Origin: Bacteroidia bacterium | GTDB taxonomy: Bacteria; Bacteroidota; Bacteroidia; Flavobacteriales_E; Vicingaceae | Assembly (NCBI GenBank): GCA_030429925.1 | Contig: JAUIGQ010000001.1 | Location: 418 to 64,417 of the forward strand | Length of the DNA: 64,000 nt | Direction of reading: 5' to 3' | Shown: positions 27,916-37,128 of the stretch, piece after piece | How positions within the stretch are numbered: the stretch's first letter is position 1 | Layout of the letters: every line of letters begins with the position of its first letter | Notes under the pieces: generated by a model | The model's database searches: none | What the model was told of the DNA's origin: nothing | What the model saw: the letters and a program-made list of their open reading frames with translations, nothing else | Program-made: the position numbers and the translations under genes

Positions 27916-28614
27916 TTAACCTCTTACCGTTCTTTGCTCAATTCTCTTCTCATAATTCTTTCCTTCGAAAATCCTGTGAACGAAGATCCCTGGGGTATGG
28001 ATCTCATTGGGGTCAAGTTCACCGGCTTCAACAAGTTCTTCAACTTCGGCAATGGTAATGGTTCCTGCCATCGCCATAATGGGATTGAAATTCCTTGCCG
28101 TTGCTTTAAAGATGAGGTTCCCTTTTGTATCTCCTTTCCAGGCCTTTACAATGCTGAAATCAGAGACAAAGCTTTCTTCTAAAATGTATTTCTTGCCATT
28201 GTATTCTCTAACCTCTTTCCCTTCTGCTATTTCAGTTCCGTAACCTGCAGGGGTAAAGAATGCGGGAATACCTGCTCCTCCTGCTCTGCATTTTTCTGCC
28301 AAGGTTCCTTGGGGAGTAAGTTCAACTTCCAGCTCTCCACTTAGCATTTGTCTCTCAAACTCATCGTTTTCACCAACATAAGATGAGATCATTTTCTTGA
28401 TCTGCTTATTCTTAAGCAGGAACCCCAATCCAAAGTCGTCAACACCTGCATTGTTAGAGATACAGGTTAAGTCTTTGATCTCAGGTTTTGCAGCCAGGGC
28501 CGCAATACATTTTTCAGGGATCCCACAAAGTCCAAACCCTCCTAACATGAGGGTCATTCCACTTTCAATACCTTCAATGGCCTCTTCTGCGTTTGCTACT
28601 ACTTTATTGATCAT
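27916..28614 (-). CDS. scoA: 3-oxoacid CoA-transferase, subunit A
   Basis: '[13 protein letters not shown]' and '[24 protein letters not shown]'. 232 aa. Confidence 0.92.
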   Translation of the reverse strand: MINKVVANAEEAIEGIESGMTLMLGGFGLCGIPEKCIAALAAKPEIKDLTCISNNAGVDDFGLGFLLKNKQIKKMISSYVGENDEFERQMLSGELEVELTPQGTLAEKCRAGGAGIPAFFTPAGYGTEIAEGKEVREYNGKKYILEESFVSDFSIVKAWKGDTKGNLIFKATARNFNPIMAMAGTITIAEVEELVEAGELDPNEIHTPGIFVHRIFEGKNYEKRIEQRTVRG

Positions 28615-28627
28615 ATCTCTTTCTTAT

Positions 28628-31054
28628 TTACTGGAAGTTTGGTTCAGCACTTCCTTCAAATGTATTTCCTTTTCTAAAAACATCACAATCGAGCTCTATA
28701 TCAAGTGGTTGCTCAGGTCGTTCAAAGTTTCCGGTGGAGACTTCCAATGTAGAATCTGCATATACCTTATTCATAAAATACCCATAGATCGGCAGACCGG
28801 TATTGGCTCCTTGTCCGTCAGAAGTATAGGTAAATCTCACACTTCTGTCTTCTGCTCCAACCCAAACCCCTGTCACAAGGTCCGGTGTAGCTCCTATGAA
28901 CCATCCGTCGGAATTGTTTTGGGTAGTTCCTGTTTTCCCCGCAATAGGATAAGAGATACCTGCATAAGGCCTTTCCTTACTTTTAGGGAACTTTATCCTG
29001 ATGCCGGTGCCTGCAACATTCTTTCCTTTGTATTCATTATAATTGTAGGAAGTAACACCTTGTAGCAGATCCAACATTGCATAGGCGGTTTGTTCACTTA
29101 AGGCTTCTCTTGTTTTGGGAACATATTCTGCCACAATATTTCCATCCTTGTCCTCTATTCTTGTAAGAAAAATTGGCTCTGTCCACACCCCTTTATTCAC
29201 AAAGGTGGAAAATGCACCCACCATTTCATAGATAGAAACATCAGCAACACCAAGTGCGAGGGCCGGAACAGTATCAAGAGGTGATACAATACCCATATTC
29301 CTGGCCATTTTGATAACTCTTTCCGGTCCAAATTGCTTCATGATCCATGCTGTAACGGTGTTCATGGAGTTGGCAAGTCCGTATTTTAAACTCACATTAT
29401 ATCCATAGTCCTCATCACTGTTCTTTGGAGACCAATCTTTCAATAATCCATACTCACCTTTCTTGAATACCACGGGCACATTAGGCACTTCATAGCATGG
29501 AGAAAAGCCTTCATCAATGGCCACTGCATATACGAATGGTTTGAATGTAGAGCCCACTTGTCTTCTTCCCTGCCGTACATGGTCATAGGCAAAATGGTCG
29601 TAGTCAATTCCCCCTACCCAAGTTTTGATATGCCCTGTATGCGGGTCCATGGTCATTAGTCCTGATTGCAGGAAACTTTTGTAGTATCTAATGGAATCCA
29701 TTGGGGTCATCACCGTATCGATCTCACCATTCCATGAGAACACCTTCATTTGTGTAGGCCTATTGAAGATGGCATTGATACTATCTTTTGGATGAAGCTT
29801 TGTGAAATGTCCGCAATCCTCTGCCTTGCATCTCACTACTTTTTTCCCATCAATGACCTCTTCTTCCAAAAACCTACCTCTTCTTCCGCAATTGGCGCAT
29901 TGCTTCCCACTCAAGATCAGGTATCTCTCTGATCTTTTCATGGCTGAATTCATGATCTTGTCTGATTCACTTTCTCTAATGCTGAATGGTGCATTTCTTC
30001 TTCTCTTGAGGTCTTTGAAGAAGTCATCTTGTAATTGATATCTCAAATGCTCCTTTACCGCCCACTCTGCATATTTCTGCATTTTGTAGTTGATGGTGGT
30101 GTAGATCTTCAAACCGTCTTTGTATATATCATAAGGGCTACCATCAGCTTTGCGAAGTTTGTAGTTCCCTTCTTCATCTTTTTCATCAAAGATCTCTTTT
30201 AGCTCAGCTCTGAGTATTTCTCTAAAGTAGGGAGCTATTCCTTCCTTGTGATCTACTTTGCTGTAATCTAGATTCATTGGCAAAGCCTTTAGGGAGTCGA
30301 ATTCAGCTTCGGAAATAGCGCCATTCCTTTTCATTTGACCTAAGACCACATTTCTTCTGTGCAAGGTGGTATCGGGAAACCTAAGAGGGTTGAACAGGGA
30401 AGGATTCTTTAACATACCCACCAGAAGTGCTGATTCTTCAACGCTCAACTCGGCCGGCGTTTTATCGAAATAAACAGAGGAGGCTGATTTGATACCTACT
30501 GCATTGTTCACAAAATCAAAGCGATTGAAATACATGGCAATGATCTCGTCTTTGGTATATCTTCTTTCCAGTTGAGCGGCAATGATCCATTCTTGCATCT
30601 TTTGCTTGATCCTATCCCAGCTTCCTTTTGGTGCATCTGAAAATAGCATTTTGGCCAGCTGCTGGGTGATGGTACTTGCACCTCCGCTTTTGCCAAACTT
30701 AGCTACTGCTCTGGCTAACCCTCGAATGTCAATTCCCGAATGCTCGTAATATCGTTCATCCTCTGTTGAAACAAGTGCTTTGATCAAATTGGGCGACAAT
30801 TGATCATAGGATACGTTCACTCGGTTTTGATAGAAGTATTTTCCCAGGATCTTGCCGTCAGAAGTATACACTTCAGTTGCCAGATTGCTTTTGGGGTTTT
30901 CTAGCTCTTCAAATGTTGGTAAGGGGTCGAAACCCGGCCAAGCAACCGCCGCCCCATACATCATCACTGCAAAAAGAATAATGGGTAGAAAGATCAGCAT
31001 CCAAAACAGGGCGATCGATTTTCCATAAGATCTATGTTCTTTCTTCTTATTCAA
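28628..31054 (-). CDS. mrcA: Penicillin-binding protein 1A (bifunctional GT51 glycosyltransferase / transpeptidase)
   Basis: GT51 motifs 'EDERYYEHSGID' and 'GASTITQQLAK'. Transpeptidase motifs 'STFKP' (SxxK), 'SMN' (SxN) and 'KTGTT'. 808 aa with an N-terminal TM anchor. Confidence 0.93.
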   Translation of the reverse strand: MNKKKEHRSYGKSIALFWMLIFLPIILFAVMMYGAAVAWPGFDPLPTFEELENPKSNLATEVYTSDGKILGKYFYQNRVNVSYDQLSPNLIKALVSTEDERYYEHSGIDIRGLARAVAKFGKSGGASTITQQLAKMLFSDAPKGSWDRIKQKMQEWIIAAQLERRYTKDEIIAMYFNRFDFVNNAVGIKSASSVYFDKTPAELSVEESALLVGMLKNPSLFNPLRFPDTTLHRRNVVLGQMKRNGAISEAEFDSLKALPMNLDYSKVDHKEGIAPYFREILRAELKEIFDEKDEEGNYKLRKADGSPYDIYKDGLKIYTTINYKMQKYAEWAVKEHLRYQLQDDFFKDLKRRRNAPFSIRESESDKIMNSAMKRSERYLILSGKQCANCGRRGRFLEEEVIDGKKVVRCKAEDCGHFTKLHPKDSINAIFNRPTQMKVFSWNGEIDTVMTPMDSIRYYKSFLQSGLMTMDPHTGHIKTWVGGIDYDHFAYDHVRQGRRQVGSTFKPFVYAVAIDEGFSPCYEVPNVPVVFKKGEYGLLKDWSPKNSDEDYGYNVSLKYGLANSMNTVTAWIMKQFGPERVIKMARNMGIVSPLDTVPALALGVADVSIYEMVGAFSTFVNKGVWTEPIFLTRIEDKDGNIVAEYVPKTREALSEQTAYAMLDLLQGVTSYNYNEYKGKNVAGTGIRIKFPKSKERPYAGISYPIAGKTGTTQNNSDGWFIGATPDLVTGVWVGAEDRSVRFTYTSDGQGANTGLPIYGYFMNKVYADSTLEVSTGNFERPEQPLDIELDCDVFRKGNTFEGSAEPNFQ

Positions 31055-31523
31055 CTCTTTTCTCTATTCTGATTCCTATATCTGTAACGTTATCCAGTTC
31101 CATTTCGCGCATGGCCTGTTCAATTTCAAAAGTATATTCTCCCTTGGCGGGAAAAACAATTCTCTCCTTGTACTTAAACTGATAGTCGAAGATTCCTCCA
31201 ATGCCTTTTCCCAGCCATCTTCCCTGATTGTCTGCAAAGATCATCTGTGCTGTATCAACTGACACCAGGCCATTGGGACTGCTGGTTTTTGTGAAGAGGT
31301 ATAGGTTCTTGTAGGGATAATCTCCTCCATGTCTCACATTCAAATACAGGTCATATTCGGAGAGTGTATCCTCAACAATAAAATTGAACCTAGCCGACTC
31401 ATTCCTATGCCATTTTGCATCAGAGACCTTCAAATTCTCTTCGAAAAGCAAATTGCTATCACAAGAGATCAATGAAAAGGACAAGATGCAAATTGCAAGG
31501 TATGTAGTGATCGAAGCTCTCAA
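31047..31523 (-). CDS. gldH: Gliding motility lipoprotein GldH-like
   Basis: Lipobox 'FSLISCDS' and 'RHGGDYPYKNLYLF'. About 158 aa from the TTG at 31523, which lies immediately after the PSP1 stop. The ORF-track ATG at 31604 would overlap PSP1 by 80 nt. It occupies the position between a PSP1 gene and PBP1A. I recall this as a typical Bacteroidota arrangement, but that is from memory and unchecked. Confidence 0.6.
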   Translation of the reverse strand: MRASITTYLAICILSFSLISCDSNLLFEENLKVSDAKWHRNESARFNFIVEDTLSEYDLYLNVRHGGDYPYKNLYLFTKTSSPNGLVSVDTAQMIFADNQGRWLGKGIGGIFDYQFKYKERIVFPAKGEYTFEIEQAMREMELDNVTDIGIRIEKRVE

Positions 31524-31524
31524 A

Positions 31525-32685
31525 TCAAGCCTTGTTTTTCTTTGATCGATTTCCACTGAATTTTTTCTTTCTTCTCTTCTTGCCCTTCCCTTTAGGTTTG
31601 TCAAACCTATTCAAGCTATCCTGTCCTACCACATTGGCATAGGTTTCTACCTCGGCTACCGGTTCTGCAGCTTCAGAGCGCAATGCCAGAGGTTTCTTCC
31701 CCTTTTTATTCTCCTCAATGACACTCTTAACTTGTTCTAATGACATCTCTATGAACTCATTGGGTTCATCAGCATAGGAATACCACATTCTCTTTTTGAA
31801 GATGTCCATCTTTTGGAAGAAGGCATTTCCCTTTTCTGTCTTGAGCTTGAACTTTGTGTCGGGAAATTCTTTCAGCTCCTCAACATAGAGGTCAAGTTCA
31901 TAATTCAAACAGCACTTGAGTTTGCCACATTGTCCTGCAAGTTTAGAGGGGTTTAGGGAAAGCTGCTGATATCTTGCAGCTGAAGTTGATACCGACCTAA
32001 AATCAGTGAGCCAAGTAGAGCAACACAGTTCTCTACCACAGGAGCCTATGCCTCCTAATCGGCCTGCCTCTTGCCTCATCCCGATCTGTTTCATTTCAAT
32101 TCTTGTCTTGAATGAATCAGCCAGTTTGCGGATCAGTTCTCTAAAATCCACTCTTTCTTCTGCAGTGTAATAAAAGATAACCTTGGACTGATCTGCTTGG
32201 AACTCCACATCAGAGATCTTCATTTTCAACCCAAGTTCTGATGCAAGTTCTCTCGACTTGACCATGGAGGAGGATTCTTTTGCTCTTCCATTATGCCATT
32301 TCTCAAGATCTTCTTCAGTTGCTTTCCTCAAAACCGATTTTAAATCATCAGTTTGTTGGATCAAATGCTTTTTCTGGATCTGCAATCGAACCAATTCTCC
32401 ACTCAATGAAACGATGCCAATATCATAGCCGGTAGTTGCTTCAACTACAATTGCCTCACCTTCATATAAGCTTAATTGATTGGGGTCGAACTTGAAGAAT
32501 TCCTTTCTTCCATTCTTGAAACGGACCTCTACAGCCGGATAAGTTGAATTCCCATTGGTGTCGCTGACATTAGCTAGCCAGTTGAACACAGTTAGCTTGT
32601 CACAACCGTTATTTCCGCAATTGCCATTGTTCTTGCAGCCTTTTGGCAGACCATTTTCCTTATTTCCACAATTGGCGCATGCCAT
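31525..32685 (-). CDS. PSP1 domain protein (RicT/YaaT family) with a Cys-rich N-terminal extension
   Basis: PSP1 core containing 'GIGSCGRELCCSTWL' and 'GQCGKLKCCLNYE'. N-terminus 'MACANCGNKENGLPKGCKNNGNCGNNGCDKL'. Lys-rich C-terminal tail. The ATG at 32685 is preferred. Confidence 0.85.
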   Translation of the reverse strand: MACANCGNKENGLPKGCKNNGNCGNNGCDKLTVFNWLANVSDTNGNSTYPAVEVRFKNGRKEFFKFDPNQLSLYEGEAIVVEATTGYDIGIVSLSGELVRLQIQKKHLIQQTDDLKSVLRKATEEDLEKWHNGRAKESSSMVKSRELASELGLKMKISDVEFQADQSKVIFYYTAEERVDFRELIRKLADSFKTRIEMKQIGMRQEAGRLGGIGSCGRELCCSTWLTDFRSVSTSAARYQQLSLNPSKLAGQCGKLKCCLNYELDLYVEELKEFPDTKFKLKTEKGNAFFQKMDIFKKRMWYSYADEPNEFIEMSLEQVKSVIEENKKGKKPLALRSEAAEPVAEVETYANVVGQDSLNRFDKPKGKGKKRRKKKFSGNRSKKNKA

Positions 32686-32735
32686 ATTCCTTCTACCTCT
32701 TTTTGATTCACTACTCCTAAAAGCTAGGAGCAAGA

Positions 32736-33887
32736 CTAACTAACAAATTTACGTTTTTTGGCTCTCAGCAAATTGGCAAACTGCATTGACATATCCATAA
32801 AGATGATCTTTGCATATGCATTCCTTTCAATATGGTAATGTGCCTCATTCAATAGTTCATTGATCTCCACAATGTTCTCTGCAATAATAAAGGGCGAAAA
32901 CTTCTTGAGGAATGCATCTTCTTTACCAAAATATGTCTGGAGTTGATCTCCACTATAGTTGCGAAGAATGCCTTCTCGCATCATATTCAAGGCGTATTGC
33001 AAGAAGCGCTTTTGCCTTTCTCTTCCATAGGAAGCACTGCTCATTTCTTCCACCCATTTGTAGATCCTTTCAACATTTGCCTCATAGCATGCCCTCATCC
33101 ACTCTGAAAATAGCTGGAAAAAGAGCTCTTCTTCCTCTTGTTTATGGATCAATCCCTTTGCTCTGATCAAATCCCCCTCTGCTTGCTCAGCAATCTGAAG
33201 TGCGTTTTCTTCACTAACCTCTTCTTGAGCAATCAAATACCCTTTCACTGAATTTGGTTGAATTGGTGGTATGCGAACGATTTGTGATCGAGAGGAGATC
33301 GTATTTAATATCTTTTCCTCATCTTCAGTTACAAGAACAATCAGTGTATTGTCGGAAGGTTCTTCTATCAGTTTAAGGAGCCTGTTAGCAGCATCGGCGT
33401 TCATCTTTTCAGCTGCCCAAATGACCAAGATCTTATATTTTGCTTCATAGGACTTGAGACTGAGTTTTTTAAGGATGTTTTTGCTGTCTTCAACCCTTAT
33501 CAAACTTTGTTTCTTCTCAAGGCCAATATGCTCGTTCCAAGCTCTCAGATCGAAATAGGAAGACCCAAGTACGATCTCGCGCCATTGCTCAAGAAAGTCA
33601 TCACAGCTAATGGAAGTGGAGCTGCCTGAACTATTAATGGGGAAGGTAAAGTGGAGGTCGGGGTGCACAAGTTTGCTCATCTTTTGGCAAGAGGGGCACT
33701 TCCCACAAGAATCTTCCTCTGTTCTTGCATCGCACTGAACGTATTGAGCTAGTGCCAGGGCTAAGCCTAAACTGCCATAACCAAATCTTCCGGTGAACAT
33801 CAATGCATGTCCCAGTCGACCATTCTTAACCACTTTGATCAAGCTGTCCTTCAAATCATCTTGCCCTACGATCTCCTGAAAAAGCAT
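32736..33887 (-). CDS. holB: DNA polymerase III subunit delta-prime
   Basis: 'GRLGHALMFTGRFGYG' (degenerate P-loop), the zinc module 'CGKCPSCQK', and 'SRSQIVRIPP' (sensor). 383 aa. Confidence 0.85.
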   Translation of the reverse strand: MLFQEIVGQDDLKDSLIKVVKNGRLGHALMFTGRFGYGSLGLALALAQYVQCDARTEEDSCGKCPSCQKMSKLVHPDLHFTFPINSSGSSTSISCDDFLEQWREIVLGSSYFDLRAWNEHIGLEKKQSLIRVEDSKNILKKLSLKSYEAKYKILVIWAAEKMNADAANRLLKLIEEPSDNTLIVLVTEDEEKILNTISSRSQIVRIPPIQPNSVKGYLIAQEEVSEENALQIAEQAEGDLIRAKGLIHKQEEEELFFQLFSEWMRACYEANVERIYKWVEEMSSASYGRERQKRFLQYALNMMREGILRNYSGDQLQTYFGKEDAFLKKFSPFIIAENIVEINELLNEAHYHIERNAYAKIIFMDMSMQFANLLRAKKRKFVS

Positions 33888-33974
33888 GAGTTAAAATTAA
33901 GATTCTAGATTCTATTCTAATAGGCAAAAGAAAGTGTTTTCAGTATTTTTGCAGCCCGAAAATAAATCATCATC

Positions 33975-35162
33975 ATGAAGTTAGAAGAGCTGGATTTTCA
34001 AGGCAAGAACGTATTGATCAGAGTAGATTTCAATGTGCCTATCAAGGAAGGAAAAGTAACTGACAGAAACAGGATCATTGCCGCAGTTCCAACCATTAAA
34101 AAAGTCATTGAAAAAGGTGGAAGGGTGATATTGATGTCTCATCTTGGCAGACCAAAAGGTCAAAAGAACACAGACTTTTCATTATCCCAAATAAAGGAGG
34201 TTGTTTCAGAAGAATTGGGCTGTTCGGTCAACTTTATGGATGATTGTATAGGTAACCGAATCAAGGATGCGATCAATTCAACTGCACAAGATTCGGTAAC
34301 ACTTTTGGAAAACCTAAGGTTTTATGCTGAAGAAGAAAAAGGAGACAGAGAATTTGCAAAAAAGCTGGCTGATCTGGCGGATGTCTATATCAATGATGCT
34401 TTTGGAACTGCTCATAGAGCGCATGCTTCAACAGCTGTCATAGCCGACTTTTTTGATGCAGAGCACAGAGCTTTTGGCTATTTGATCCAAAATGAATTGA
34501 ATGCAGTAGAGAAATTATTGTCCTCTCCGGAGAGACCCTTTACCGCTATCATGGGTGGGGCAAAGATCTCTGATAAGATCCTCTTGATCGAAAATATACT
34601 GGATAAGGTAGATCATTTGATCATTGGTGGTGGTATGAGCTATACCTTCTTCAAGGCGCAAGGTGGAGAAATTGGCAACTCTTTGGTAGAGGAAGATAAG
34701 CTTGATCTAGCTTTAAACCTCTTAAAAAAGGCCAAAGAAAAGGGTGTTGAAATTCATCTGCCGGTAGATTCCATCATTTCATCTGAGTTTAGCAATGATG
34801 CCGATTCTGATGTTGCTGATAATATGAATATCAAAGAAGGTTGGATGGGACTGGATATTGGACCAAAGGCTGTAGAGAACTTTTCGAAAGCAGTTGCTTC
34901 TTCCAAAACCATATTGTGGAATGGACCGATGGGAGTATTTGAGATGTCTAATTTTGAGAATGGAACCAAATCGGTTGCAGAAGCAATTGCCAAGGCAACT
35001 GAAAATGGAGCATTTTCTTTGATCGGTGGGGGTGACTCAGCGGCTGCGATCAGGCAATTCAATTATGAAGACAAGGTTAGTTACATCTCAACCGGAGGTG
35101 GGGCTTTGCTAGAATATTTGGAAGGAAAAGAACTTCCGGGAATTGTAGCAATTCAATCTTGA
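33975..35162 (+). CDS. pgk: Phosphoglycerate kinase
   Basis: 'RVDFNVP', 'MSHLGRPKG', 'NDAFGTAHRAHAST' and 'STGGGALLEYLEGK'. 395 aa. Confidence 0.97.
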   Translation: MKLEELDFQGKNVLIRVDFNVPIKEGKVTDRNRIIAAVPTIKKVIEKGGRVILMSHLGRPKGQKNTDFSLSQIKEVVSEELGCSVNFMDDCIGNRIKDAINSTAQDSVTLLENLRFYAEEEKGDREFAKKLADLADVYINDAFGTAHRAHASTAVIADFFDAEHRAFGYLIQNELNAVEKLLSSPERPFTAIMGGAKISDKILLIENILDKVDHLIIGGGMSYTFFKAQGGEIGNSLVEEDKLDLALNLLKKAKEKGVEIHLPVDSIISSEFSNDADSDVADNMNIKEGWMGLDIGPKAVENFSKAVASSKTILWNGPMGVFEMSNFENGTKSVAEAIAKATENGAFSLIGGGDSAAAIRQFNYEDKVSYISTGGGALLEYLEGKELPGIVAIQS

Positions 35163-35689
35163 TCCGAGGGATCTATTTCCTTTAGCTTATTCAGATCAGT
35201 TTCTAATTCCAATTGATCTAACCATCCATACAAGGGTCCGGTTACCTTTTTGAAACTTTGGTAGGAGATCGAAGACTCATACTTTTCTTTATCTGTGAAC
35301 TGCCACCTATCATTTATAGCTTCAAAGGCATAGAGAAGTACAGAAAGTACCAGAGCATATTTTAGAAAGCCGAATATTGCACCACTGATCCTTACCAAAA
35401 GTCCCATTGCAGCCATCTTTAGAGTTTTGTCCAGAAGTTTGGCCAGCAAGTGAATGGCAACAACGATCAAAATGAATGTTAGAATGAATGAAAGCAGGCT
35501 GATCAAACTCTCAGAAGCTTCTAAATGATCAGAAAGTAGATTGGCCACCTTATTTGAAAACCTTATAGAACCCCAGATCCCCAATAACAATCCGGCAATT
35601 GAGGCCAACTCGAGGATAAGGCCTTTTTTGAAGCCCATTATTGTTCCCCATATCAAGGGAATGAGAATGATAAGATCTAAATAGTTCAT
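35153..35689 (-). CDS. cvpA: CvpA family membrane protein
   Basis: 'MNYLDLIILIPLIWGTIMGFKKGLI' followed by four TM segments. 178 aa. Confidence 0.75.
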   Translation of the reverse strand: MNYLDLIILIPLIWGTIMGFKKGLILELASIAGLLLGIWGSIRFSNKVANLLSDHLEASESLISLLSFILTFILIVVAIHLLAKLLDKTLKMAAMGLLVRISGAIFGFLKYALVLSVLLYAFEAINDRWQFTDKEKYESSISYQSFKKVTGPLYGWLDQLELETDLNKLKEIDPSDQD

Positions 35690-35727
35690 TAGGTAGAGAG
35701 GGCTAAACTATCATTAATTTTACAGCT

Positions 35728-36063
35728 GTGGAGATCGAATTTAGAAAAAATTGGGATGAACTTTTGCGGAAGATGGGGCAAAGATTCAAGATGGAAATGG
35801 ATTTGAAGTCCATGTTGTTTGTCATTGGATTGCAAGAGCTGGGAATGAATACAGAGAAGCTTAGCAAGGATCAGAAGCTCGATGTAATGCACATAGCTGT
35901 TTGTGTGATCTTAGAGCCATACGGCCATTACAGGTACATTGGAAGAGATAAAGACGGTTGGCCTCACTGGGAGGTGGTTGATAAACTGCCCGCACTTAAT
36001 GGAGAGCAACAAGAGCGCTTAATGAAGAAATGTATTTTGGAGTATTGGGAGAATTACAATTGA
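35728..36063 (+). CDS. Small hypothetical protein
   Basis: 111-aa ORF with a GTG start (alternative ATG at 35773). Soluble, with no recognisable motif. The intergenic fit and codon usage look consistent with its neighbours. Confidence 0.45.
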   Translation: MEIEFRKNWDELLRKMGQRFKMEMDLKSMLFVIGLQELGMNTEKLSKDQKLDVMHIAVCVILEPYGHYRYIGRDKDGWPHWEVVDKLPALNGEQQERLMKKCILEYWENYN

Positions 36064-36432
36064 TCAGATATCGATCTGCATTGTTCTCTCATAGATGTTA
36101 TCGTCTCCTCTTCTGAGTCTTTTGGTTTCCAGTAGTACATACAAAGAGTCTAATAAGACCCCATTGTATCGAGCATCAACTCTCAGTAAGATCGTATTGT
36201 CATACTTGAAGAAAGCTTTGCCAAAATTATCAGTCACCACCGAGTCCAGCACTTGAGGATTGATTATTCCTTGATTTGATCCGGGAACCGATGTAATGAC
36301 CACTGCTTGTCTAACAGCAGAGCCACCATTGTCTAAGACGGTAATTTCCAACTCGGGAGATACTTCTTTTTTACAGGCTACTCCCATAGAAGAGAGGAAA
36401 ATGATCAGCAAAGGGAGGGTATATTTTTTCAT
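36064..36432 (-). CDS. Small lipoprotein, hypothetical (beta-sandwich-like)
   Basis: 'MKKYTLPLLIIFLSSMGVACKKE' is a lipoprotein signal. About 122 aa. No catalytic motif. Confidence 0.5.
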   Translation of the reverse strand: MKKYTLPLLIIFLSSMGVACKKEVSPELEITVLDNGGSAVRQAVVITSVPGSNQGIINPQVLDSVVTDNFGKAFFKYDNTILLRVDARYNGVLLDSLYVLLETKRLRRGDDNIYERTMQIDI

Positions 36433-36477
36433 ACTTTTGCCCACAATTCAAACTTTACCTACAAACATAATTATATT

Positions 36478-37128
36478 TTGCTCAAGAAGTTTTCTATACT
36501 GCTTTCCTTAAGCCTAATTCTAATGGTTATGCAGGGTCAAGAACGCGTTAGGATCTCAACAACCAAGGGTAATATTGTGGTTAGTTTGTACAAGAATACA
36601 CCTATTCACAGTAAGAATTTTTTGAGGTTGGTCAAAGAAGGGTTTTATGATAGCACTGCCTTTCATAGAGTAATTGCTGATTTTATGATCCAAGGTGGCG
36701 ACCCTAATACCAAACCTTCTTCAGGAAGTAGCAGATATGGATCAGGAGGACCCGGATATACCTTAGAAGCAGAATTGAACAAAGGTTATGTTCACAGAAG
36801 AGGAGCCTTGGCTGCCGCAAGAGAGCCGGATGAGGTAAACCCCTCCAAAAGAAGCAATGGTTCTCAATTCTATATTGTTGTAGGAAGAAAGTATCCGAGG
36901 AAATATTTAGGGAAGTTTGAAGAAGAGAATGGTGTGACATATACCGAGTCTGACAAGCTGAACTATGAAAATGAAGGAGGAGCTCCACACCTTGATGGAA
37001 ATTATACCATATTTGGTCATGTACTTGAAGGAATGGATGTGGTTGATGAGATATCAAAGGTGAATATTGGCAGAGCAGACCGTCCAAAAGAAGCTGTATA
37101 CATTATCAAAATGGACATATTGCAATGA
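36478..37128 (+). CDS. Peptidyl-prolyl cis-trans isomerase, cyclophilin type (secreted)
   Basis: 'FHRVIADFMIQGGDP', 'GALAAAR' and 'SQFYIVV'. A TTG start gives the signal peptide 'LKKFSILLSLSLILMVMQ'. Confidence 0.9.
   Translation: MLKKFSILLSLSLILMVMQGQERVRISTTKGNIVVSLYKNTPIHSKNFLRLVKEGFYDSTAFHRVIADFMIQGGDPNTKPSSGSSRYGSGGPGYTLEAELNKGYVHRRGALAAAREPDEVNPSKRSNGSQFYIVVGRKYPRKYLGKFEEENGVTYTESDKLNYENEGGAPHLDGNYTIFGHVLEGMDVVDEISKVNIGRADRPKEAVYIIKMDILQ

Noticed and set aside
28397-29065. 222-aa ORF on the + strand spanning the scoA / mrcA junction.
   Set aside because: It is antisense to two strongly supported genes (scoA and PBP1A). Its translation is low-complexity and Ser/Cys/Ile-rich with no motifs. 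This is a typical shadow ORF in AT-rich DNA.
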